Notes under the pieces: generated by a model
Database searches by the model: none
Told to the model about the DNA's origin: nothing
What the model saw: only the letters and a program-made list of their open reading frames with translations
Program-made: the position numbers and the translations under genes
Shown: positions 17,288 to 24,845 of the stretch, piece after piece
Layout of the letters: each line of letters begins with the position of its first letter
How positions within the stretch are numbered: the first letter of the stretch is position 1
NCBI GenBank assembly: GCA_037442825.1
Contig: JBBIPN010000013.1
Location: 1-24,845, forward strand
Reading direction: 5' to 3'
Length of the DNA stretch: 24,845 nt
Source of the DNA: Sulfurihydrogenibium sp.
Lineage (GTDB): Bacteria; Aquificota; Aquificia; Aquificales; Hydrogenothermaceae

Positions 17288-19684
17288 ATGGATATAGTAG
17301 ACAAAAATAGAGATTTATTGGATTTACCTTTTACTTATCCAATAATCCCTACAAGAGATATAGTTGTTTTTCCTTATATGGTATTTCCTTTATTTATAGG
17401 AAGACATTTTTCTATAAAAGCTGTTGAAGAAGCTATAGAAAACAATCAAAGATTAATATTCTTAGCTTTACAGAAAGATAAAGATATAGAAGAACCGTCC
17501 CAAAATGATATTTACCAAATAGGTGTTGTAGCAAACATAATTAGAATGATGAAATTAGAAGATGGTAGAATAAAAATCCTTGTTCAAGGTGTCACCAGAG
17601 GAAAAATTAAAAATCTCAAAAAATTAGATGATTACTATCAAGTAGAAGTTGAAATTATGGAAGATTCAGAAGTTGAAAAATCTATAGAAGTAGAAGCATT
17701 AATCCACTCTACAAAAGACTTAATAGATAAATCAATATCATTAGGAAAACAGATTGTACCTGATTTAGTTGAGATAATAAAGTCTATTGATGAGCCAGGA
17801 AAACTTGCAGACTTAGTAGCATCTATTTTAGATATAAAAGCAGAGGAAGCTCAAAACATACTTGAAATTTTTAACCCATTAGAAAGATTAAGAGTTGTTC
17901 ACGATAAATTTTTAAAGGAAGTTGGTATTTTAGAACTCCAACAAAAAATCAGAATATCAGCTAAAGAAGCTATAGAAAAAGATCAGAGAGAATACTTCTT
18001 AAGACAACAAATTAAAGCCATTCAAGAAGAACTTGGAGAAAGAGACGAAAAGAAAGAAGAGATAGAGAACTACCAAAGAAAAATAGAAGAATCTGGAATG
18101 CCACCAGAAGTCAAAGAAGAAGCTTTAAAACAGTTAAAAAGATTAGAAAAAATGCATCCAGATTCAGCAGAGGCTGGTGTAATTAGAACATACCTTGATT
18201 GGCTTATAGAACTACCTTGGAACAAAAGAACAAAAGACAGATTAGATCTAGAAATTGCTAAAAAAATATTAGATGAGGACCACTATAATTTAGAAAAGAT
18301 AAAAGAAAGAATATTAGAATACCTTGCAGTATTAAAACTAAAAAAACAAAAAACAAAAGATAAATCCCTAAAAGGCCCTATACTATGCTTTGTTGGACCA
18401 CCAGGTGTAGGAAAAACATCCTTAGGTAGATCTATAGCAAAAGCTTTAAATAGAAAATTTGTAAGGATATCTCTTGGTGGTATAAGAGATGAAGCAGAAA
18501 TTAGAGGACATAGAAGAACATACGTAGGAGCTTTACCAGGAAAAATAATACAAGCCATAAAACAAGCTGGTACCAAAAATCCAGTTTTAATGCTTGATGA
18601 AGTTGATAAAGTAGGACTTGATTTTAGAGGAGACCCTACAGCAGCTTTACTTGAAGTTTTAGATCCAGAACAAAACAAAGAGTTTGTTGACCATTATATC
18701 GGACTACCTTTTGATTTATCTGAAGTTATGTTTATATGTACTGCCAACAGAACAGATACAATTCCAAGACCACTTTTAGATAGAATGGAAGTTATAAGGC
18801 TTTCAGGATACTCTGAAGAGGAAAAATTACATATAGCTAAAGAATACCTTATTCCTAAACAACTTAAAGAAAACGGTTTAGATGAAAAAAGTGTCAAATT
18901 TACAGATAAAGCTATTATCCTAATAATAAGAGGTTATACAAGGGAATCAGGTGTTAGAAACTTAGAAAGACAGATAGGTTCTGTAACAAGGAAAATAGCA
19001 AAAGAGATAGTTCAAAAAGGTAAAGAGAAAAAGTATAAAGTAACAGAATCGTTAGTTAAAAAATTCCTTGGATCATCGATATACACTACTGAAAAAGAGA
19101 AAGAAGATCAAGTTGGTGTTGTAACAGGTTTAGCTTGGACAGAAGTCGGTGGAGAGATTTTAAAAATAGAAGCTAAAAAAATGCCTGGCAAAGGAAACCT
19201 TGTACTTACTGGCTCATTAGGAGATGTAATGAAAGAATCAGCAAGAATAGCATACTCTTTTGTAAAATCAAAAGCTACTGAGTATGGTATAAACCCTGAA
19301 GATTTTGATAAGTATGATGTCCATATTCATGTTCCAGCAGGAGCTATACCAAAAGATGGACCTTCTGCAGGTATTGCTATAACAACAGCAATAGCTTCTC
19401 TATTTTCTGAAAGACAAGTTCGTTCAGATGTAGCAATGACTGGTGAGGTAACATTAAGAGGCAAGGTTTTACCAGTAGGTGGTTTAAAAGAAAAAATATT
19501 AGCTGCTAAAAGAGCTGGGATAGAAACAGTAATTTTACCTAACGATAACAAAGAAGAAGTATTATCAGACCTTCCAGAGTATGTAAGAAAATCTGTAAAT
19601 CTTATACTTGTAGATCACATAGATGAAGTTTTGAAAATAGCACTAAAAGAGGATAAGAAAGAAATTGATAATAAGAAAAGCTAA
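17288..19684 (+). CDS. lon: ATP-dependent Lon protease (LonA)
   Basis: LON N-domain, Walker [10 protein letters not shown], Walker [16 protein letters not shown] catalytic Ser, GGLKEK Lys; GGAGG RBS. Confidence 0.98.
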   Translation: MDIVDKNRDLLDLPFTYPIIPTRDIVVFPYMVFPLFIGRHFSIKAVEEAIENNQRLIFLALQKDKDIEEPSQNDIYQIGVVANIIRMMKLEDGRIKILVQGVTRGKIKNLKKLDDYYQVEVEIMEDSEVEKSIEVEALIHSTKDLIDKSISLGKQIVPDLVEIIKSIDEPGKLADLVASILDIKAEEAQNILEIFNPLERLRVVHDKFLKEVGILELQQKIRISAKEAIEKDQREYFLRQQIKAIQEELGERDEKKEEIENYQRKIEESGMPPEVKEEALKQLKRLEKMHPDSAEAGVIRTYLDWLIELPWNKRTKDRLDLEIAKKILDEDHYNLEKIKERILEYLAVLKLKKQKTKDKSLKGPILCFVGPPGVGKTSLGRSIAKALNRKFVRISLGGIRDEAEIRGHRRTYVGALPGKIIQAIKQAGTKNPVLMLDEVDKVGLDFRGDPTAALLEVLDPEQNKEFVDHYIGLPFDLSEVMFICTANRTDTIPRPLLDRMEVIRLSGYSEEEKLHIAKEYLIPKQLKENGLDEKSVKFTDKAIILIIRGYTRESGVRNLERQIGSVTRKIAKEIVQKGKEKKYKVTESLVKKFLGSSIYTTEKEKEDQVGVVTGLAWTEVGGEILKIEAKKMPGKGNLVLTGSLGDVMKESARIAYSFVKSKATEYGINPEDFDKYDVHIHVPAGAIPKDGPSAGIAITTAIASLFSERQVRSDVAMTGEVTLRGKVLPVGGLKEKILAAKRAGIETVILPNDNKEEVLSDLPEYVRKSVNLILVDHIDEVLKIALKEDKKEIDNKKS

Positions 19685-20120
19685 AATAAAAGATGCCAAT
19701 GAAATTTTTTCAATCCTTCAGTATTTTGCATTAAAAGAAGTATTATTACCAAGAAGTTTAAACAGCATATACGAACATATAAGAGATTTCTTTGTTTGCG
19801 AAGAAAATGGGAAAATAATTGGCGCTGGTTCTTTACATATTTACTGGGAAGATTTAGCAGAAATAAAATCCTTAGCTGTTAAAGAAGAATATCAACATTT
19901 AGGAGTAGGAACAAAAATTGTTGAAGCATGTTTGGAAGAAGCCAAGGAACTTGGTATTAAAAAGATTTTTGCCCTTACATACGTACCAGAGTTTTTTAAA
20001 AAACTTGGTTTTGAGATTACAGATAAATCACATTTTCCTCAAAAAGTTTGGACAGAATGTATTCATTGTGTTAAATTTAATGACTGTCATGAAATACCTG
20101 TATCAATAAGGTTAGATTAG
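19665..20120 (+). CDS. GNAT N-acetyltransferase, short ArgA-type (putative amino-acid/glutamate N-acetyltransferase)
   Basis: LLPRS...[38 protein letters not shown]...C.E; TTG start overlapping the end of lon. Confidence 0.85.
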   Translation: MIIRKAKIKDANEIFSILQYFALKEVLLPRSLNSIYEHIRDFFVCEENGKIIGAGSLHIYWEDLAEIKSLAVKEEYQHLGVGTKIVEACLEEAKELGIKKIFALTYVPEFFKKLGFEITDKSHFPQKVWTECIHCVKFNDCHEIPVSIRLD

Positions 20121-20753
20121 ATGAAAAAGATATACCTATGTAGACATGGAGAAAGTGAGTTCAACGCAAAAAAAATAGTCCAAGGACATATAGATACTGA
20201 TTTAACAGAAAATGGTGAAAAACAGGCTTTAGCTTTAGCAAAATTTTTAAAATATAAATCTATTAAAAAAGTTATTTCTTCTGATTTAAAAAGAGCATTT
20301 AAGACTGCCAATATTGTAGCTAAAGAACTAAACTTAATACATGTCACTGACAATAGAATTAGAGAAATGCATTTTGGAACATGGGAAGGTTTAAGTTACG
20401 ATTGGATATATAAAAATGCTTTAGAACATTTTCAAAACTGGCTTTCAAATCCAGTAAAATATCCATTACCAAAACAAGAAAGTATAAAATCTTTCCAAAG
20501 CAGATTAAAATCTTTTTTAGATGACATAAAAAATCACGATGAAGAATCTATTTTAGTTGTAGGACATGGAGGTTCAATACAGGGTATGCTATGTATTGCG
20601 ATGGGCTTAGATATACAACACATTTGGAAATTTAAACATAACAACACTGGTTTATCTTTAATTTTAGCTAACGATAAAAGTTTTTCAGTAAAATATATAA
20701 ATATGTCTTATCACATTGAACTTTTAGATAATGATTGTATTATAAAGTTATAA
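20121..20753 (+). CDS. Histidine phosphatase (PGAM-like) family protein
   Basis: RHGE..N, QG..D..L...G..QA, SSDL.RA..TA, E..FG.WEG, VGHGG. Confidence 0.9.
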   Translation: MKKIYLCRHGESEFNAKKIVQGHIDTDLTENGEKQALALAKFLKYKSIKKVISSDLKRAFKTANIVAKELNLIHVTDNRIREMHFGTWEGLSYDWIYKNALEHFQNWLSNPVKYPLPKQESIKSFQSRLKSFLDDIKNHDEESILVVGHGGSIQGMLCIAMGLDIQHIWKFKHNNTGLSLILANDKSFSVKYINMSYHIELLDNDCIIKL

Positions 20754-20783
20754 TATTTTGTTATAAAACTTGGAGGTTTAATT

Positions 20784-21905
20784 ATGGAAAATGTTGTAGT
20801 ATATGAAAATAAAAACAAACCTTCCTATACTGAAAGTATAATTTTTGCGTTGTTAGTTCTTATATTTATAGGAGGATTTTTAAGTGTTGCTATGTTTACT
20901 GAAAAGATATCAAACGTTTTAGTTTTTCAAATATCTGGATTTGTATATGGACTTGCTGCATTAATGTATATATTTCAATTTTTCTTTAAAAATGAAAATA
21001 TTGGGAAAATAGGAACGTTAACACTTTTTATAGGATGGGTTTTTCAAACAGTTGGTCTATTTTTAAGAGGCATTGAGTCTTACAAAATGGAAATATTCCA
21101 TCCACCATGGACAAATCTTTATGAATCTTTAATGTTTTTTCCATGGTTAGCAGTAGGACTTTACTTATACATAGAAAAGGAGTATAAAACAAAAGTAATA
21201 GGAACTTTCTTTATCCCAATTGTAGCATTCTTAGTAATATGGGGACATAAATTTAATACAGATATAAACCCACTTGTACCAGCATTAAGAAGTTACTGGT
21301 TATATTTACACGTTTTAGCTTCTTTTGTAGGTTACGCTGGTTTTACTGTTGCTTTTGGTGCTTCTTTTGCATATCTAATTAAAGAAAACTTTAAAGAAAA
21401 TATCAATGCCAACCTAATCCATTATATAGGTTTTGCTTTTAGTTTAATATTATCTATACTTTTTGGTTATCTTACATTAACAGGAGCTAAAGATATTAAA
21501 ACGATGATTATTGGAATAATATTTATATTGGCATTACTGAGTTTAATATACTTTTCTACATTTGTTTTAAAACCTATAGGTAATAAACTACCTTCAGACA
21601 ATTTACTTTCAGAGATAGCATTTAAATCCGTTGCTATATCTTTTCCTATTTGGACTGCATCTATAATGCTTGGTGGTGCTTGGGCTAACGAAGCATGGGG
21701 TAGCTATTGGAGCTGGGATCCAAAAGAAACATGGGCATTGATAGTTTGGTTATTCTTTGCTGCTTACATACACGGCAGAACTATAGGAAAATGGAAAGGA
21801 AAAACATCTGCATGGATCGTTGTAGCAGGATTTATAATGTTACTTATATGTTATTTTGGTGTTAACTTGTACTTTCCAGGTCTACATAGTTATGCAACAG
21901 AATAG
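20784..21905 (+). CDS. ccsA: System II cytochrome c biogenesis protein CcsA/ResC (often annotated CcsB)
   Basis: P..NLYES, LVPALRSYWL..HV, WWD domain GGAWANEAWGSYWSWDPKETW, Y.H, GLHSY. Confidence 0.93.
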   Translation: MENVVVYENKNKPSYTESIIFALLVLIFIGGFLSVAMFTEKISNVLVFQISGFVYGLAALMYIFQFFFKNENIGKIGTLTLFIGWVFQTVGLFLRGIESYKMEIFHPPWTNLYESLMFFPWLAVGLYLYIEKEYKTKVIGTFFIPIVAFLVIWGHKFNTDINPLVPALRSYWLYLHVLASFVGYAGFTVAFGASFAYLIKENFKENINANLIHYIGFAFSLILSILFGYLTLTGAKDIKTMIIGIIFILALLSLIYFSTFVLKPIGNKLPSDNLLSEIAFKSVAISFPIWTASIMLGGAWANEAWGSYWSWDPKETWALIVWLFFAAYIHGRTIGKWKGKTSAWIVVAGFIMLLICYFGVNLYFPGLHSYATE

Positions 21906-22539
21906 TTTTAAAAAAATTTAAATCATCTAAATAAGTTATTTTAAAGTTAAGGAAGCTACCGGGATTAACGGTTATTTTATAACCAAGCTTTTCCATTAAA
22001 GTAGAATCATCGGTAGCTATGATATTTTCTTTCAATGCATACTCATGAACATTTAAAAGCTCTTTAAATTTAAATGTTTGTGGTGTCTGAACAATATATA
22101 TTTCTTCTCTATTCAACGTTTCCAAAACGTTTCCCTCTTTTACTCTTTTTAATGTATCTGGTGATTTATAAGCAGTTATAGAACCATCCCAACCTTCTTT
22201 AACATTCTTTATAGATTCTAAAAACATATTAATATTAGCAAGTGGTCTTGCAGAATCATGTATTACAACAATATCACAATCATCTAAGGCTTTTAGACCA
22301 TTGTATACAGAAAACTGCCTCTCTTTACCACCTGAAACTTTTATAATCTTCTTTTTAGATCTAACATCAATCTCTAAATCTTCTTCAGGCAAAACTAATA
22401 TAACAGTATCTATTTCTGGAATTTTTTCTATTGTTTTTAGCGAATATTCAAAAATTTTAAGACCGCTTATCTCAATAAACTGCTTTTTATAGCCAAACCT
22501 ATTACCTTTTCCAGCAGCTAAAAGTATGCATCCAATCAT
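21862..22539 (-). CDS. ispD: 2-C-methyl-D-erythritol 4-phosphate cytidylyltransferase
   Basis: AAG.G.R.G..KQF, GG.ERQ.SV.NGL, IHD.ARP, QTPQ.F, TDD, N.KIT..DD. Confidence 0.95.
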   Translation of the reverse strand: MIGCILLAAGKGNRFGYKKQFIEISGLKIFEYSLKTIEKIPEIDTVILVLPEEDLEIDVRSKKKIIKVSGGKERQFSVYNGLKALDDCDIVVIHDSARPLANINMFLESIKNVKEGWDGSITAYKSPDTLKRVKEGNVLETLNREEIYIVQTPQTFKFKELLNVHEYALKENIIATDDSTLMEKLGYKITVNPGSFLNFKITYLDDLNFFKTILLHNYVDLESTS

Positions 22540-22597
22540 ATTGCAAACTCCTAAAAATTGATTATAATCTTATCACAAAAAAACGAGGTGTCAAAAT

Positions 22598-23212
22598 ATG
22601 ACAAGAGAGAATATAGAAAAACTTTTAAAAGAAGGTAAAGATATTGATTTAAGTTTTCAAGATTTAGAAGGAATAGATTTATCAGGACTTGATTTAAGAA
22701 GTATTACATTTACTGGAGCAAACTTAAAAAATGCAAATTTTGAATATTCTAATTTGGAAGGTGTGTTTATTGCAGATGTAAATTTAGAAAATAGCAATTT
22801 TAAAAACTCAAATTTATCAAAAGCTATTTTCCAAAGGGTAAAACTAAGAAAAAGTAATTTTGAAAACGCCAATCTCTATAGAGCTGCTATATTAGTAAGC
22901 GATGCTACTGGCAGTAATTTTCAAAACGCAAACATGTTAAACATAAGGATGGAAGATTCAAAATTTACTGAATGTAATTTCAACTATGCTGATATATGCT
23001 ATGGGAATCTAAGAGGTTCTGATTTTCAAAAAGCTACTTTTATAAAAACAAAATTTAGTTATAGTGATTTCAGGAAAACAAAACTCTCTGGTGCTTGGTT
23101 TGAAAATGTAGAAGCAGAAGAAGTTTTAATTTATGGTAGAAAACCATGGCTTGAAGGGACAAAAGCCGAAATTAACTACTATAAGATCTTACCAAGTAAT
23201 TTTGATGACTAA
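22598..23212 (+). CDS. Pentapeptide repeat protein
   Basis: Long run of tandem (A/S)(D/N)(L/F)xx pentapeptides such as ANLKN ANFEY SNLEG; GAGGTG RBS. Confidence 0.9.
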   Translation: MTRENIEKLLKEGKDIDLSFQDLEGIDLSGLDLRSITFTGANLKNANFEYSNLEGVFIADVNLENSNFKNSNLSKAIFQRVKLRKSNFENANLYRAAILVSDATGSNFQNANMLNIRMEDSKFTECNFNYADICYGNLRGSDFQKATFIKTKFSYSDFRKTKLSGAWFENVEAEEVLIYGRKPWLEGTKAEINYYKILPSNFDD

Positions 23213-24845
23213 GATACTTTTACTCTTAAAGAATTTGCTATAACAAAAACACTACTTAACACCATTGCAAGTGCTGCAAATATAGGGTTTAGATGTCCGC
23301 TAACTGCTAAACCCATTCCAATTATATTATAAATAAATGCCCAGAACATATTTGTATATATTACCCTTTTGACTTTCCTTGATAGAATTATAATCAATGG
23401 TACCTTTCTTAAATCGTCACCTATCAAACTAATATTAGCAGATTCTCTAACTAAGTCTGTACCACATCCCATAGCTATACCTATATCAGATTTTACTAAA
23501 GCTGGTGCATCATTTATTCCATCTCCAACCATAACAATAACTTTCCCTTTCTTTTGCTCTTCTTCTATTATTTTTAGCTTATCTTCAGGTTTTAAATTTG
23601 CTCTAACATCTTCTATATTTAAAGATTCTTTCAATACTTTGGCAAAATATTCACTATCTCCTGTTAAAATTCCTACTTCTACTTTGATTTTCCTTAAAGC
23701 ATCTATAGATATATAAGATTCTTTCCTTATCTTTTGTTCAAAAGATACAAACGCTAAAATCTCCTTTCCATCTGAAAGGAATGTAATAATCTCCCCATTT
23801 TTTAAAGCTTCTTCCTTTAAAATTTTTATTTTTTCATCATAATCTGTGCTAAACTTTTTTAAAAACTCTTCACTTCCTAAATAGTATGTTTTATCTTTTA
23901 TCTTTCCAGATACACCTAATCCATAGAAAACTTTAAATTCTTTTACTTCGTACTCTTTACAATCTTTACACCAAGATAAAAAACTTTTTCCTAAAGGATG
24001 TTCAGAATTTTTTTCTAGAGAGTAAAAAATATTTTTTGATTCTTCATCTTTAAAGTAAGTTGTTGAAACTTCCATTATTCTTTCTGTAATAGTCCCTGTT
24101 TTATCAAAAAATACTTTTTTTACAGATGATAGTTTTTCTAATATGTCAGCACCTTTTATAATTATTCCTTCTTTCATAGCTTGACCTAAACCAAGCCATA
24201 AAGCTAAAGGTGCACCTATACTAAATGCACAAGGACAAGATATAAGTAAAACAGATAAAAAAACAATCAAAGCTTTTTCAAAACCAGAAACATAAAACCA
24301 GTATATAAAAGATGAGAGAGATAAAATAAATACTACTGGTAAAAAGTAAAATGCTATTTTATCAGCTAAACGGTTTATAGGTGCTTTTGTATTTCTTATC
24401 TCTTTCATTATCTCTATAAAACGATTCAATGTCCATTGAGATTGAGGCTTATCAACTAAAATTTTAAAAGTTCCATCAAGAACTACAGTACCAGAATAAA
24501 GTAAATCTTCCTCTTTTTTTAAAACTGGATTAATTTCTCCTGTTAATATAGATTCATCTAAATGACCAATACCTTCTAATATAACACCATCAGCAGAGAC
24601 TTTATCTCCTGGTAATACTTTAACAATATCACCAACTCTGATATCTTCTACAGGGACTTCTATCTCATTTCCATCTTTTATTACTATAGCTTTTTTAGCT
24701 GATAAATCTAAAAGTTTTTTCATAAAATTAGATGCTTTAACTCTTGAAGAAGTTTCTAAATATCTTCCAAATGTTACTAAAACTAAAATCATCGTTGCAG
24801 TTTCAAAGTAAATTGCATTTTTACCAGTTAGTACTGAATAAACAG
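23209..24845 (-). CDS. P1B-type heavy-metal (Cu+) translocating ATPase (5'-partial)
   Basis: YFETA..I....GRYLE, TGE, CPC, DKTGT, EHPL, TGD, GDGINDAP, YN and M..SS Cu+ ligands; frame remains open from 24792 to the window end. Confidence 0.93.
   Translation of the reverse strand, partial: VYSVLTGKNAIYFETATMILVLVTFGRYLETSSRVKASNFMKKLLDLSAKKAIVIKDGNEIEVPVEDIRVGDIVKVLPGDKVSADGVILEGIGHLDESILTGEINPVLKKEEDLLYSGTVVLDGTFKILVDKPQSQWTLNRFIEIMKEIRNTKAPINRLADKIAFYFLPVVFILSLSSFIYWFYVSGFEKALIVFLSVLLISCPCAFSIGAPLALWLGLGQAMKEGIIIKGADILEKLSSVKKVFFDKTGTITERIMEVSTTYFKDEESKNIFYSLEKNSEHPLGKSFLSWCKDCKEYEVKEFKVFYGLGVSGKIKDKTYYLGSEEFLKKFSTDYDEKIKILKEEALKNGEIITFLSDGKEILAFVSFEQKIRKESYISIDALRKIKVEVGILTGDSEYFAKVLKESLNIEDVRANLKPEDKLKIIEEEQKKGKVIVMVGDGINDAPALVKSDIGIAMGCGTDLVRESANISLIGDDLRKVPLIIILSRKVKRVIYTNMFWAFIYNIIGMGLAVSGHLNPIFAALAMVLSSVFVIANSLRVKVS

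Noticed and set aside
20121..20753. Assignment as PspA metal-independent phosphoserine phosphatase or CobC
   Set aside because: The position that I recall as the specificity His (DHG) in Hydrogenobacter PspA reads HFG here, and there is no cob operon context; left at family level.
4530..23716. Other short track ORFs, such as 6424-6654, 7289-7603, 18283-18678, 19918-20109 and 23369-23716
   Set aside because: Nested antisense or off-frame within well-supported genes, with shadow-like composition.
23209..24845. Gene symbol copA versus ccoI/fixI
   Set aside because: The N-terminus and upstream context are outside the window, so the two cannot be distinguished.

Overview
AT-rich, very compact bacterial core-genome segment. 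The P18-less RNase P RNA and gene content suggest Aquificota, probably Hydrogenothermaceae; this is an inference. Contents in order: partial metH with yjbQ (minus); a coupled plus-strand run of DUF4398-like protein, OmpA-domain protein, DUF2227-like protein, M50/CBS site-2 protease, OmpR-type regulator and histidine kinase; a CcmI/CycH-C-terminal-like lipoprotein and cinA; a membrane-bound diguanylate cyclase split by a 1-nt frameshift in a T7 tract; argH and a Na+:solute symporter; a minus-strand unit of family 1 encapsulin, Skp/OmpH and a 63-aa Cys4 protein, divergent from rnpB; then trmD, hsp20, lon, a short ArgA-type GNAT, a histidine phosphatase, ccsA, ispD, a pentapeptide-repeat protein and a partial P1B Cu-ATPase. 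No mobile element, CRISPR array, tRNA or rRNA was seen. The best candidate for an undescribed system is the encapsulin unit: it has no adjacent recognised cargo gene, its last gene has its Shine-Dalgarno sequence inside a perfect 11-bp hairpin, and it shares a palindromic promoter region with rnpB. All family calls are from motif recognition only; no searches were run.
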